The notes: generated by a model not told the origin, from the letters alone. A DNA stretch of 64,000 nt from Escherichia coli (GCF_003018235.1 NZ_CP027437.1); one strand, 5' to 3'. Shown: positions 35,001 to 46,669, numbered from the stretch's first letter. Numbers and translations: made by a program.

Positions 35001-35667
35001 TCCGCGGGCATTCAAGGCTTACCAACTCATTGGCGATTTCTGGTTTTTCGGGGAGGATCAGCGCAATAAAAGGGCGGCGAACTTTGGTTATTCCTGGCAG
35101 TGCGGCAATGAGTTTGTCGGCGCAACGCTGCCAGCAGCTTTCCTCTGCCAGAGAGAGGTGTTTACGCAGTCGGAGATCGAATTCGTTATAGGTTTCTGAG
35201 CGATAACCATAGCCATAGTCCTCGTTCTGATACTGCAATGTGACTACCAGAGGATCACTCTCATAACACCGTGCAATAAACTGGCGTGCAATCACCACCT
35301 CAGTCGCATATTCCAGCCCCTCTTGTTGGACGATTTCGTCGAGCAACTGTTGGCTGTCATTTTGCGCGATACAGGCTAGCGCCGCCATTGTGCGGGCCGG
35401 GACTGAGGGTTTGTGTTCGCCGATCAAGTTGATGGCCTGCGTAATGGCGGACTGCCACTCCAGTGAAAAATTTTCATAACGCCAGACAATGTTTTTTTTC
35501 TTCTCAGCTTTTTGTAGCAATTCATCACCCAGTGTCTGAATGATGCTTTCAGTGATAACAGGCACCGGTTCGCCCGGCCATTTGCGATGACTGAGTGGTG
35601 TTTTGCCTTTTTTATATTTCAGTTCCAGTTGGGCGTTATCCGCCAGCCACGGTAATTCCTTGTCCAT
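32035..35667 (-). CDS. yehI: Giant uncharacterised protein (1210 aa), molR/yehI family (DUF4132-like C-terminal region), lacks the N-terminal WGR domain
   Basis: ORF track 32035..35667; paralogous to the two upstream genes over most of its length. Confidence 0.88.
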   Translation of the reverse strand: MDKELPWLADNAQLELKYKKGKTPLSHRKWPGEPVPVITESIIQTLGDELLQKAEKKKNIVWRYENFSLEWQSAITQAINLIGEHKPSVPARTMAALACIAQNDSQQLLDEIVQQEGLEYATEVVIARQFIARCYESDPLVVTLQYQNEDYGYGYRSETYNEFDLRLRKHLSLAEESCWQRCADKLIAALPGITKVRRPFIALILPEKPEIANELVSLECPRTHFHSKEWLKVVATDPKAVRKLERYWSQDIFSDREASYMSHENHFGYAACAALLREQGLAVVPRLAIYAHKEDCGSLLVQINHPQVIRTLLLVADKNKPSLQRVAKYSKNFPHATLAALAELLALKEPPARPGYPIIEDKKLPAQQKARDEYWRTLLQTLMASQTQLAEEVMQWLSTQARAVLNSYLLAPPKPVIDGTDNSNLPEILVSPPWRSKKKMTAPRLDLAPLELTPQVYWQPGEQERLAATESARYFSTESLAERMEQKSGRVVLQELGFGDDVWLFLNYILPGKLDAARNSLIVQWHYYQGRVEEILNGWNSPEAQLAEQALRSGHEEALINIWENDNYSRYRPEKSVWNLYLLAQLPREMALTFWLRINEKKHLFAGEDYFLSILGLDALPGLMLAFLHRPKETFPLILNFGATELALPVARVWRRFAVQRDLARQWILQWPEHTATALIPLVFTKPSDNSEAALLALRLLYEQGHGELLQTVANRWQRADVWPALEQLLKQGPMDIYPARIPKAPDFWHPAMWSRPRLITNNQPVTDDALEIIGEMLRFTQGGRFYSGLEQLKTFCQPQTLAAFAWDLFTAWQQAGAPAKDNWAFLALSLFGDESTARDLTTQILAWPQEGKSARAVIGLNILTLMNNDMALIQLHHVSQRAKSSSLRENAAEFLQVVAENRGLSQEELADRLVPTLGLDDPQALIFDFGPRQFTVRFDENLNPVTFDQQNVRQKSVPRLRADDDQLKAPEALARLKGLKKDATQVSKNLLPRLEAALRTTRRWSLADFHSLFVNHPFTRLVTQRLIWGVYPANEPRRLLNAFRVAAEGEFCNAQDEPIDLPADALIGIAHPLEMTAEMRSEFAQLFADYEIMPPFRQLSRRTVLLTPDESTSNSLTRWEGKSATVGQLMGMRYKGWESGYEDAFVYDLGEYRLVLKFSPGFNHYNVDSKALMSFRSLRVYRDNKSVTFAELDVFDLSEALSAPDVIFH

Positions 35668-35676
35668 GCTCTTTCC

Positions 35677-38600
35677 TTATTCAAACAGGGCTTCAATATC
35701 GTTAATTAGCTCGCTGGCGGTGATGGCATCGAGTACGGAGAACTGCGCTTCCTGTGTTGAATTACTCCCCCAGCCATAGCTTTCCGCTTTGCCTTCCCAT
35801 AGCCACAGCTTGCTTAAGAGCTGCTCAGCGCTAAGTTCGGCTGGTGACATACCCACCGCAAAACCTTCGTCGATTTCCATGATTAACGACCAGCGACCGA
35901 GAGGTTTGATCATCCAGCCGATCCAGCCTCCATCCTGCGGGGTGCCCTTTATCCAGCCTTTATTCGCCAGCCCCATTACCCGACCGCTCGGGCATTTTCT
36001 GCCTGCCCAGCGGGTCAGTTCGCTGGCATTGCGCTCGGTTTCTGTCAGGGCGTAACTGTTACGGTCGAGCTGGCGGAACGGCGGTAGCAGTTCGTAGTCG
36101 GCAAAAAGCTGCCCAAATGCGGCGGCATCCGTCGGTGATATTTCCAGAACGTGAGGAATACCAACAGAGATATCGCCTTCCGGCAGGGTGAAAAGATCAT
36201 CGTCAGCGGTGCTGTAGCTGTTATCTTCCGCTACCCGGAAACAGGCCAGTAGCTGGTTGTCGGCGCTATAAACGCCCCAAATCAGACGGCGGGTTAAGTG
36301 GCGAACCAGCGGATGCACAACCAGGAAGAGTTGGAAGTTTTCCGGCGACCAGCGGCGGCGCAGGCACATGGCGGATTCAAGCCTTGCCACCTGCTGGGCG
36401 GCGACGGTACGCGCATCTTTTTTCAGCAGTTTGTAGCGGTTAACAGCATCGTTCGCCTGTGATTCATCATCGCTTTTGTTTGGTTTGGGCAGGTCTTTCA
36501 GACGGCTGCCGGAAGCGTCACGCACAAACGGTTTTAAGGTTTCATCAAAGCTGACGGTGAACTGGCGTGGGCCGAAATCCAGCAGCAACGAACCGTTATC
36601 ATCCAGACCGAGATCTGGTGCTAACTGATCTTCAAGCTCCGCCACCGTGAGTTCGCGACTTTCAGCAATGTCGGCAATTTTTTCTTTCGCCCGCTCCTGT
36701 AAAGCTTTGAATTTCAGTTTCTGAGCAATGCCGTTAAGCTGCATCAGAGCGATATCACTACCGATAGCGGCGAGGATATCAAGCCCGACGGTGGCGCGTT
36801 TATGCTGGGATTCACCAGGCCAGGCGCGTATTAATGGCGTCAGTTTGCGGGCGGTGTCATCGTTACCAAGAACGCCTAACGCAGCGAACGCCCAACTCTC
36901 TTTCGACGGCGCGCCCGCAGTCAGCCAGGCGGTAAACAGATCCCAGGCAAATTCAGCCAGTGAGTCGGCGGTACAGGCATCTTTCACCTGCAATAATCCC
37001 GGATACAGTGCCTCTTCCTGAGGGAAGCGGAGCATTTCACCGAGGTGCTGGAGTGCGCTATCGGGCAGTGATTGGGCGTTTGCTTTTAATACCGGGCGCG
37101 TCCAGAGCGATGGCTGATAAAAGGCCGGAAGAGTGGGGATTTTTGTCGGGTGATTATCTAAGGGATCGAGCGCAAGCAGAGCGTTCATCGCGTCTGTTAC
37201 TTCCGGCTGGTTATAACGCCGGGCGATTTCTTGCAGTAATGGCTGATGACCGTTTTCGCTAAGCATACGCAAGGCAGCGCGGGCGTTATCCTGTGCTTCA
37301 CCGGCTTTGCCGAGCGCGGCAGGCAGCAGGCCGGTAATGGCGTGTTCCGGGTATTTCAGCAGCCAGCTACGGGCGTCTTGTCGTAGGGTTTTGAGTTTGT
37401 TGAAGGCGCGGGCAATGAATGGAGCCAATTCGACAGCCGCGAAATATTGTGCCACGGGAAGAGCTTCCTGCGGATAGCGAGATGCTGAGTGGATAAAACC
37501 TGTTAAACCAGCAAGTCGAAGATGCAACATTACTTGTTTTGCACCTGTATGTGGTTCTTTACTAAGGATATTCCACATCTCAATAGCTTTATTTATGGGT
37601 AAAACATGGAGTGAAGAAAGCTTCCATTCGCCCTGATAAGGGGCGTTATAGGACTTAAAAGCATCGATCAAAGTTAAATAATCTTCACGCTGCCAAGCAT
37701 CCAACGCTATTTCTGGAATATCAATATAGCCTCTATGTTTGTTCCAATCCCAGCGGTCGAATCCCAGGGAATTCAGAAAACCTTTTTCTCCCTCTGCTTG
37801 CTGACGAGGTTGCCAATTATGCTGCACTTGAAGTCTTTTGCTTTTTGTTTCATTTATTGTACAGAAAGATTCCAGGGGTAATGGTGCTAAATCCAGCACT
37901 GGAATCGGCGATTTTTTCTTTTTAGCCTGCCACGGCGGTGAGACTAATACGGCAGGCAGCATATCGGCGTTCGCATAAACTGAAGGTTGTGTTAGTTGTT
38001 GCTGGCATGACTTAAGAACGGTAACTGTCGGGGCAGATAGCCAGGAGATCACCCCTTCTACTAATGTTGGTTGTGAGATAAGCATCGTCATTAGCATCAT
38101 GCGCCAGCGCTTTTCATCTTTTTGTGCCAGAAGTTCTGCTAATGCCGCCAGCGCTGCATGTGGAAAGCGAACGAAAGCCTTTGTCATGCGATCGTGGCAA
38201 CGCTTTCCCTGCTCACTTGCATGGATAAGTAGTGTAAGTGCTTGCGGGTGGTTGATATGCATCAACACTTCCCCACATGTGTCACCAGCAGCGTAAGGGG
38301 CAAAACGGGCCAACGCAGCGACACCTTGCTCCTTGAGTACTGTCGCACACCAGATTTTACCGCCGTAATAATCATCAAATACCTGCCCTGGCTGTCCTGG
38401 ATAGTATTACCCCAGTTCTGCCAATACCTGCTCGTCGGTGGTCGTCAGTTTTAGCCATTCCAGCGCATATACCCCTTTTTGTCCGCAAAGATGTCTGGCA
38501 ATCTCATGAGCTACTTCTGGTTTTTCCGGCAACAATAGTGCGACCAGCGGCTGGTTCCAGGCGGGCATGTTTCCGAGAGCGGCAATCAGTTTGTCGGCGC

Positions 38601-39435
38601 AGCGCTGCCATACATCGTCATTTGCAAGTGAGAGATGCTTACGCAGGCGCATTTCAACCGAAGCGAAGCGTGACAGATAGTCAGGCTGCTTGTTATCCGG
38701 GGTAAAAGTAATGAGGTGGGCATCATAATTCCAGTCAAATCGGATGAATTGCAATGCGATGACAACCTCAGTGGCATATTCCAGACCACCTTCCTGGACA
38801 ATTTGATCCATTAACTCTTCGTGATCGTTACGATTGAAGCCTTGCTCCAGCGCAACCAGTACCGCCAGAACCATCGGTAGTAGTGTGGTGCTAATCGGCG
38901 AGTCGATAAGGCCCACTGCTTGTGTAATCGCCTGCTGCCAGTCCAGTGAACAGGTGCTGTAATTGAAGGTGATCACCTTTTTAAAACGCCGGTGAGTATT
39001 CGCGGCGACGGAGCGTAGCAGGGTTAATTCATTCTCCTTTGGCACAGGATCGCCAGGCCAGCGTCGATGACTTAGTGTGGTTGGCGCAACCTCTGTCGGT
39101 AAAATGATTTGGGCGTCGTCTGCCAGCCAGGGGAGGTGGTCTCCAGTCAATGCTGGTTTGTCTTGTGGCAAAGGGGCTATTTCAGGGCATTCGATAACCT
39201 GGGTGGGTACAGATGTCGGTGTCATCACGGATACTTCTTCTACGTAGCCCTTTTTTGTTTTCTCCGCAATCAGCTTCAGTTCCGCTTTTTCCGCCGCCGC
39301 AGTATCTGCAAAGCTTTTTACCTGACTTTGCCCGTTAGTGCCAACTTTACCCCAGGTTATATGCAGTTCGTTTCTCTGCTGTTCCACCGCCCAGAATTTA
39401 TGTGATTTTTCGTCCTGATAAATATAGGTTTTCAT
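35677..39435 (-). pseudogene. molR/yehI-family paralog with N-terminal WGR domain, interrupted by a single in-frame TAA (complement of 38407-38409)
   Basis: ORFs 38407..39435 (342 aa) and 35677..38313 (878 aa) are in the same frame with no other stop between them; about 1252 codons if read through. Confidence 0.7.
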
Positions 39436-39447
39436 TGCTAAATCCTT

Positions 39448-42400
39448 TTAATCAAACAGTGATTCAATGTCGTTAATCAGCTCGCTGGCGGTGATGTCGT
39501 CGAGCACGGAGAAAGTGGGTGAGGATTGTTTACCATAGCGATCATAAGGGGCGGTGATTTTTACGCTTTCGACAGGCAGCAGGTCGCTATACCCCGTTTC
39601 GCCATAAATTAATGAAAAAGGTTCTGTTTCAAGTTCGAGAGCACCATAAGGGGTAAATTTGCGCATCGCATAGACGCTGCCGCTTTCTTCCAGACGTTGC
39701 CAGCCTCTGCGTTCCAGCCCGACAATGCGTCCGGCCTGGCAGAGACGTCCGTTCCAGCGTGACAATTCATGGACATTACGTTCGTTATCAGCAAGGTGGT
39801 AACTACCACGTTCGAGCTGTTGGAAAGGGGGAAGCAGTTCGTAATCAACGTAAATTTGCCTGAATGCAGCGGCGGATTCAGGGGGGATTTCCAGCACATG
39901 CGGTATACCGATGTTTCCTGCTGGCAGCGTGAATAACTCATCCTGCGCATCGCTGTAAGTGCTGTCTTCTGCCACGCGAAAACAGGTGATAAGAGCGTTT
40001 TCATCGTTATAAACCCCCCATAACAGCCGTCGGGTTAAGTGACGTACCAGCGGATGCTCCACCAGAAACAGGCGGAACTGCTCTGCCGTCCAGCGTCTGC
40101 GCTGGCACATAGCCTGTTCCAGACGATCAATCTGCTGGCTGGCTATGGCGCGTACATCTTTTTTCAACTGTTTGAAGAGATTAACCGCGTCAGTTGCCTG
40201 AGTTTTTTCATCGCTCTGGTTTGGTTTGGGCAAATCTTTCAGGACTTTGCCGTTTGCGTCGCGCACTACAGGTTTTAAAGTTTCGTTAAAACCAACGGTA
40301 AATTGACGTGGGCCGAAATCCAGTGTCAGCGAGCCACTGCTATCAAGCCCTAAATCCGGTGCCAGGCGGTCTTCCAGTTCAGCCATAGTCAGCCCACGGT
40401 TTTCAGCGACCATGTTGATTTTGTCGCTGGCATGTTCCTGCAATGCGGCGAATTTAATTTTTTGCGCAATGCCATTAAGCAGCATCAGCGCAATATCACT
40501 ACCGATACTGGCTAACACATCCAGCCCGTAAACCGCGCGTTTATGCTGGGATTCACCCGGCCAGGCGCGGATGAGCGGGGTTAGTTTACGCGCGGTGTCG
40601 TCATTGCCTAGAATCCCCAGCGAGGTAAATGCCCAGTTTTCTTTTGCGGGTGCGCCAGCTTCTGTCCATGCCGTGTAGAGATCCCAGCCAAAGTCAGCCA
40701 GTGATTCGCGGGTGAAGGTCTCTTTGATGATCGCCAGCCCAGCGTAGGAGGTAATGTCGCGTGGAAAGCTCAACATTGTGCCGAGGTGGCGCATAGCGTC
40801 ATCTGGCAGAGGCAGGTTGTTACTTTTAAGCCGAGGTCTGTGCCATAAGGTGAACTGATAAAAGCCGGGCAGTGGGGCGATTTTTGCAGGATATTCTTCC
40901 AGTGGGTCGCTATCAAATAATGTTGCCAGCGCAGCTAAAACATCAGGTTGATTATATCCTTGGGCGATTTCCTCAATCGTTTCTCGCTGGTTTAATTTCA
41001 CTAGCAGGAGGAGTGCCTGGCGGGAATATTCCCGATTTTGGCACGGTTTGCCCAGCGCCAAAGGTAGTAGCCCGGCGGCGGCATGGCGCGGGTTATTTGC
41101 CAGCCAATTAACGGCATCCTTGTAACCCATTTTTTTCTGTAACCGCTGCGCCATTGGTAAGGCTAGGTCACTGGCCCCAATAAAGAGGGTGAATATCCAC
41201 AGTCGTTGATGATCTCGTTGCAAGCAGGTCATAAACGCAGGAATGGCCGTACTGCCAAAAATCCCCAGAATCTCTTTCTCACCTGAATATCGCTCCTCAA
41301 TGATTATTTGGTTGAGAAATGAAATCGCCTGTTGTCCCGGTAAGTAACAAAGCGCAGATAGATTCCAGCTTTTGTTGGCATTGTTGTGATATTTCGCAAA
41401 CTCAACTTTTAGTGCTGGAAAATCAAAGCGCAACAAGGCATCAACAGCGCTTTGCGGTATATATTTTTTTTCATGTAAGTCATCTTCGCAATGCAGCCAT
41501 TCATTAAAACCTAATTGCCAAAGGATTTGTTGTTCTGGTGTAAAAGGAATGAAAGATGTCTCCCAGCTTTCTTTTTCAATTAGTGGCAGTTCGGTAAATA
41601 AGGTTTGCTGTGATGCCTGATATTGCGCGATTTCATAGAATCTGGATATGTCAGTATGACTGATTAACTCTGTAATTCCTGGTGTGATATCCGTGACGGC
41701 AGGGATGGGAAGTACCGGCAAATCAAATACGGGTATTACATTCTTTTTCTTATTTATTACCCACGGTGGAGCGACAAACAGCTCTGGCAACATATCCGCA
41801 GTGGCATATTCACATTCTTCAGCGACTGACTGCGGACGACATTCAGATAAGATGCCAGCGGCTTTGGCATTAACCCAGGGAATGACGTCGCATACTAACT
41901 CTGGCGTGATGGTAATCAGTTTGATAAGTGCGTTGCGCCACTGTGCATCTTCATGTATTGCCAGCAAAGTTGCATAAGCGGCAATAGCCGCAGCGGGATG
42001 TTTTTGGCAGGCTTTGCTTAAGTATTCCAGGTGCTTTTTCTTGCCATTTACACCGAGGATCAGAATCTGAATCGCATCCGGGTGATTCGTTTTCCATAGC
42101 CATTTGACAAGATTTTCAGTCTCGCTGTTGCGCTCGAAAAGATAAGTGGGATTGTCAGAATGCTCTTCCGTAAACTCAAGAAGGATCTGGCTTACACCCC
42201 GAATTCCATTATTCGCCAGCAACATTGCCAGATAAGCGCGAAAATTACGAAAATCACGATACAACGGTGGGAAGTCGTATTTTTCCACTGTAGTCAGAGC
42301 AGTATCATCGGTTATCACCAGTCTTAACCAGGTCATCGCCGGAACGTTTTGATCTGCATAATGTAGCGCCATAGCATTGGCGATATCCGGGCGTTCAGGG

Positions 42401-43254
42401 ATCAGTAACGCCGCAAAAGGTTGCCGTGCTGGGGATAGCGAGGGAATAGCCGCGAGTACCTTATCTACACAGCGTTGCCACTCATCTTCTGAAGCGAGTG
42501 AAAGATGATGACATAGACGTTGATGCCAGTTCGGTAGCGATTCTGCTTTGAGATCAGGGGGAATGATGGTGGTGACGTCGGCTTTTACTGGTTTATATCT
42601 AAGTTGAAGAGCGAGAAGGGCAATTTCAACGGCACTTTCCAGACCACAGCGAATGACTAAGTCATCGACCAGTTCATCTGCAGAGTAAGAGTTCCAGAAA
42701 CTCCAGAGCAATGCTGCATCAGATTGCACACTCCCTGTCTGTTGATTACCCTGAACTCGCATTTGTAACTCAGCAAAAGCCTGCTGCCAGTTTTCTGGAT
42801 AAGAACGGTAATTGTTGGCGGGATCATATGCTCTGGTGTTATTCGCGATGAGCTGCCATATTTGACCATCTTTGTGCAGATAATTGATCTCTCTGGGGCG
42901 AGAGCGATGAGGAAAAGCAAATCGATTAATATCGTCAGTTAGCCGAATGACCGCATCATCAGCCAGCCAGGGGCGTTGGTTTTTACTCTCAGGGGAAGTT
43001 TCAACTTCAGGAGTGGCTTTGGTAATGGGGGGGATATGCACGTTTGCTGAAGCATTTTCCACATAGCCTTTTTTCGTTTTCTCCGCGATAAGATTCAGTT
43101 TCGCTTTTTCCGCTGCTGCAACATCAGCAAAATTTTTTACCTGGCTTTGCCCTTGGGTACCAACTTTTCCCCAGCTGATATGCAACTCGTTTCCCTGCTG
43201 CTCCACCGCCCAGAATTTATGTGATTTTTCGTCCTGATAGATATAACTCTTCAT
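39448..43254 (-). CDS. molR: Giant WGR-domain protein (1268 aa), molR family; appears intact
   Basis: ORF track; N-terminus MKSYIYQDEKSHKFWAVEQQGNELHISWGKVGTQGQ (WGR-like). The K-12 counterpart is remembered as a pseudogene. Confidence 0.8.
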   Translation of the reverse strand: MKSYIYQDEKSHKFWAVEQQGNELHISWGKVGTQGQSQVKNFADVAAAEKAKLNLIAEKTKKGYVENASANVHIPPITKATPEVETSPESKNQRPWLADDAVIRLTDDINRFAFPHRSRPREINYLHKDGQIWQLIANNTRAYDPANNYRSYPENWQQAFAELQMRVQGNQQTGSVQSDAALLWSFWNSYSADELVDDLVIRCGLESAVEIALLALQLRYKPVKADVTTIIPPDLKAESLPNWHQRLCHHLSLASEDEWQRCVDKVLAAIPSLSPARQPFAALLIPERPDIANAMALHYADQNVPAMTWLRLVITDDTALTTVEKYDFPPLYRDFRNFRAYLAMLLANNGIRGVSQILLEFTEEHSDNPTYLFERNSETENLVKWLWKTNHPDAIQILILGVNGKKKHLEYLSKACQKHPAAAIAAYATLLAIHEDAQWRNALIKLITITPELVCDVIPWVNAKAAGILSECRPQSVAEECEYATADMLPELFVAPPWVINKKKNVIPVFDLPVLPIPAVTDITPGITELISHTDISRFYEIAQYQASQQTLFTELPLIEKESWETSFIPFTPEQQILWQLGFNEWLHCEDDLHEKKYIPQSAVDALLRFDFPALKVEFAKYHNNANKSWNLSALCYLPGQQAISFLNQIIIEERYSGEKEILGIFGSTAIPAFMTCLQRDHQRLWIFTLFIGASDLALPMAQRLQKKMGYKDAVNWLANNPRHAAAGLLPLALGKPCQNREYSRQALLLLVKLNQRETIEEIAQGYNQPDVLAALATLFDSDPLEEYPAKIAPLPGFYQFTLWHRPRLKSNNLPLPDDAMRHLGTMLSFPRDITSYAGLAIIKETFTRESLADFGWDLYTAWTEAGAPAKENWAFTSLGILGNDDTARKLTPLIRAWPGESQHKRAVYGLDVLASIGSDIALMLLNGIAQKIKFAALQEHASDKINMVAENRGLTMAELEDRLAPDLGLDSSGSLTLDFGPRQFTVGFNETLKPVVRDANGKVLKDLPKPNQSDEKTQATDAVNLFKQLKKDVRAIASQQIDRLEQAMCQRRRWTAEQFRLFLVEHPLVRHLTRRLLWGVYNDENALITCFRVAEDSTYSDAQDELFTLPAGNIGIPHVLEIPPESAAAFRQIYVDYELLPPFQQLERGSYHLADNERNVHELSRWNGRLCQAGRIVGLERRGWQRLEESGSVYAMRKFTPYGALELETEPFSLIYGETGYSDLLPVESVKITAPYDRYGKQSSPTFSVLDDITASELINDIESLFD

Positions 43255-43394
43255 CCGCGTTCCCTGTATTTATATCCAGTTATAAGCGGATGCTAGCAGT
43301 TAATGAAAAAAATTAAGAGCGTTGAACAAACAAGAAAACAACTTTAGGAATTTATAAAGAAAAGGCGCTGTCGATGCAGCGCCTTGAAGGGGGA

Positions 43395-45428
43395 TTATTT
43401 CACCTGATGACCCGGTTTAGCACCGGCATCCGGGCTTAGCAGGAAAATATCTTTCCCGCCAGGACCGGCAGCCATCACCATGCCTTCAGAGATACCGAAG
43501 CGCATTTTACGTGGTGCCAGGTTAGCCACCATAATGGTGTGACGGCCAATCAGTGCCTGCGGATCCGGGTAAGCAGAACGAATGCCGGAGAAGACATTGC
43601 GTTTTTCACCGCCGAGATCCAGCGTCAGGCGTAGCAGTTTGTCAGAACCTTCAACAAACTCTGCGTTTTCAATCAGCGCCACGCGCAGGTCAACTTTGGC
43701 GAAGTCGTCAAAGGTGATGGTTTCCTGAATCGGATCATCTGCCAGTGGGCCAGTAACTGGCGCGGCAGCTGCTTTCACTTCTTCTTTAGACGCTTCCACC
43801 AGTGCTTCAACCTGCTTCATATCGATGCGGTTATACAGCGCTTTGAACGGATTCACTTTGTGGCCCAGCAGCGGTTGCTGGATACCATCCCAGGTCAGTT
43901 CCGTATTTAGGAATGCTTCTGCGCGCTCGGTCAGTTTCGGCAGTACCGGCTTCAGGTAAGTCATCAGCACGCGGAACAGGTTTATGCCCATCGAGCAAAT
44001 TGCCTGCAGGTCAGCATCGCGGCCTTCCTGTTTCGCCACCACCCACGGAGCCTGTTCATCGACATAGCGGTTAGCCAGATCAGCCAGCGCCATGATTTCG
44101 CGCACTGCTTTACCAAATTCGCGGCTTTCCCACGCTTCACCAATCACTTCAGCGGCATCAGTGAAGGTTTTGTACAACTGCGGGTCAGCCAGTTCGCTTG
44201 CCAGCACGCCGTCAAAACGCTTGTTGATAAAGCCCGCATTACGAGAGGCCAGGTTAACCACTTTGTTAACGATATCGGCATTCACGCGCTGAACGAAATC
44301 TTCCAGGTTGAGATCGATATCATCAATGCGCGAAGAGAGTTTCGCAGTGTAGTAGTAACGCAGGCTGTCGGCGTCAAAATGATTCAGCCAGGTGCTGGCT
44401 TTAATAAAGGTACCGCGAGACTTAGACATCTTCGCGCCGTTCACCGTCACATAGCCATGAACAAACAGGTTGGTCGGCTTACGGAAGTTGCTGCCTTCCA
44501 GCATTGCTGGCCAGAACAGACTGTGGAAGTAAACAATATCTTTACCGATGAAGTGGTACAGCTCGGCGGTGGAGTCTTTCTTCCAGTATTCATCGAAGCT
44601 TACGCTGTCGCCGCGCTTGTCGCACAGATTCTTGAAAGAACCCATATAGCCAATCGGCGCATCTAGCCAGACGTAGAAATATTTACCCGGCGCGTTCGGA
44701 ATTTCAAAACCGAAGTACGGCGCGTCGCGGGAGATATCCCACTGTTGCAGGCCGGATTCAAACCACTCCTGCATTTTATTTGCCACCTGCTCCTGCAACG
44801 CACCGCTGCGGGTCCATGCCTGCAACATTTCGCTGAAAGAGGGCAGATCAAAGAAGAAGTGTTCAGAATCACGCATTACCGGCGTAGCGCCAGAAACCAC
44901 CGATTTCGGCTCGATCAATTCAGTCGGGCTGTAGGTCGCGCCGCAGACTTCGCAGTTATCGCCGTATTGATCCGGGGATTTACATTTCGGGCAGGTGCCT
45001 TTCACAAAACGGTCCGGCAGGAACATGCCTTTTTCCGGATCGTACAGCTGAGAGATGGTGCGGTTTTTAATAAAACCGTTTTCTTTCAAGCGAGTATAGA
45101 TAAGCTCAGACAACTGGCGGTTCTCTTCGCTGTGCGTCGAGTGATAGTTGTCATAGCTGATGTTAAAGCCTGCGAAATCAGTCTGATGCTCCTGACTCAT
45201 TTCGCCAATCATCTGCTCCGGGGTGATACCAAGCTGCTGAGCTTTCAGCATGATCGGTGTACCGTGGGCATCGTCGGCGCAGATGAAGTTGACCTCGTGG
45301 CCGCGCATTCGCTGGTAACGGACCCAGACATCAGCCTGGATGTGCTCCAGCATATGGCCGAGGTGGATTGAGCCGTTAGCGTACGGCAGTGCGCACGTCA
45401 CCAGAATTTTCTTCGCGACTTGAGTCAT
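43395..45428 (-). CDS. metG: Methionyl-tRNA synthetase
   Basis: ORF 43395..45437; start at [25 protein letters not shown] (HIGH motif), KMSKS present, 677 aa. Confidence 0.97.
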   Translation of the reverse strand: MTQVAKKILVTCALPYANGSIHLGHMLEHIQADVWVRYQRMRGHEVNFICADDAHGTPIMLKAQQLGITPEQMIGEMSQEHQTDFAGFNISYDNYHSTHSEENRQLSELIYTRLKENGFIKNRTISQLYDPEKGMFLPDRFVKGTCPKCKSPDQYGDNCEVCGATYSPTELIEPKSVVSGATPVMRDSEHFFFDLPSFSEMLQAWTRSGALQEQVANKMQEWFESGLQQWDISRDAPYFGFEIPNAPGKYFYVWLDAPIGYMGSFKNLCDKRGDSVSFDEYWKKDSTAELYHFIGKDIVYFHSLFWPAMLEGSNFRKPTNLFVHGYVTVNGAKMSKSRGTFIKASTWLNHFDADSLRYYYTAKLSSRIDDIDLNLEDFVQRVNADIVNKVVNLASRNAGFINKRFDGVLASELADPQLYKTFTDAAEVIGEAWESREFGKAVREIMALADLANRYVDEQAPWVVAKQEGRDADLQAICSMGINLFRVLMTYLKPVLPKLTERAEAFLNTELTWDGIQQPLLGHKVNPFKALYNRIDMKQVEALVEASKEEVKAAAAPVTGPLADDPIQETITFDDFAKVDLRVALIENAEFVEGSDKLLRLTLDLGGEKRNVFSGIRSAYPDPQALIGRHTIMVANLAPRKMRFGISEGMVMAAGPGGKDIFLLSPDAGAKPGHQVK

Positions 45429-45559
45429 AGTAGGCATTACTTCTTAATAGTGAAAAGGGGTTAGATAGTACCAAATGGGAAAATGTTAAGTAAGTACTTC
45501 TCTATATTCTTCAGGTAAACTATCAGCTGATGGTTTATCTATACAAAAAAGGAGTCGGG

Positions 45560-46669
45560 ATGAACGAACAATCCCAGGCCAAATCACCAGAAGCCTTGCG
45601 CGCAATGGTCGCCGGGACACTGGCCAATTTTCAGCACCCAACCCTGAAGCATAACCTCACCACGCTGAAAGCGTTGCACCATGTCGCCTGGATGGACGAC
45701 ACGTTGCATGTGGAACTGGTTATGCCATTCGTCTGGCATAGCGCGTTTGAAGAGTTAAAAGAGCAATGTAGCGCCGAACTGCTGCGTATCACCGGGGCGA
45801 AAGCTATCGACTGGAAACTGTCGCACAATATCGCCACCTTAAAACGCGTGAAGAATCAGCCGGGTATTAATGGCGTGAAGAACATCATTGCGGTCAGTTC
45901 CGGTAAAGGCGGCGTGGGTAAATCCTCCACGGCGGTAAACCTGGCGCTGGCACTGGCGGCGGAAGGGGCGAAAGTCGGCATTCTGGACGCCGATATCTAC
46001 GGCCCATCAATTCCCACCATGCTGGGCGCAGAAAATCAGCGTCCAACTTCGCCGGACGGTACCCATATGGCACCGATTATGTCTCATGGCCTGGCAACCA
46101 ATTCAATTGGTTATCTGGTCACTGACGACAATGCGATGGTGTGGCGTGGACCGATGGCGAGCAAGGCGTTAATGCAGATGTTGCAGGAAACCTTGTGGCC
46201 GGATCTCGACTATCTGGTGCTTGATATGCCGCCAGGCACCGGTGACATTCAATTGACGCTGGCGCAAAACATTCCAGTAACTGGTGCAGTCGTGGTCACC
46301 ACCCCGCAGGACATCGCGTTGATCGATGCGAAAAAAGGCATTGTGATGTTCGAGAAAGTCGAGGTTCCGGTGCTCGGTATTGTCGAGAACATGAGTGTGC
46401 ATATTTGCAGTAACTGTGGTCACCATGAACCGATTTTCGGTACCGGTGGTGCAGAGAAACTGGCTGAAAAATACCACACACAGCTGCTGGGGCAGATGCC
46501 GTTACACATCTCCTTACGTGAGGATCTCGATAAAGGCACGCCAACGGTTATTAGCCGTCCGGAGAGCGAATTTACCGCTATCTACCGCCAGCTGGCTGAC
46601 CGCGTTGCAGCTCAGCTCTACTGGCAGGGTGAAGTCATTCCAGGCGAGATTTCCTTCCGCGCGGTCTAA
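45560..46669 (+). CDS. mrp: Fe-S cluster carrier ATPase (Mrp/ApbC/NBP35 family)
   Basis: ORF 45530..46669; start at MNEQSQAKSPEALRAM; P-loop SGKGGVGKS; CxxC motif. Confidence 0.95.
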   Translation: MNEQSQAKSPEALRAMVAGTLANFQHPTLKHNLTTLKALHHVAWMDDTLHVELVMPFVWHSAFEELKEQCSAELLRITGAKAIDWKLSHNIATLKRVKNQPGINGVKNIIAVSSGKGGVGKSSTAVNLALALAAEGAKVGILDADIYGPSIPTMLGAENQRPTSPDGTHMAPIMSHGLATNSIGYLVTDDNAMVWRGPMASKALMQMLQETLWPDLDYLVLDMPPGTGDIQLTLAQNIPVTGAVVVTTPQDIALIDAKKGIVMFEKVEVPVLGIVENMSVHICSNCGHHEPIFGTGGAEKLAEKYHTQLLGQMPLHISLREDLDKGTPTVISRPESEFTAIYRQLADRVAAQLYWQGEVIPGEISFRAV

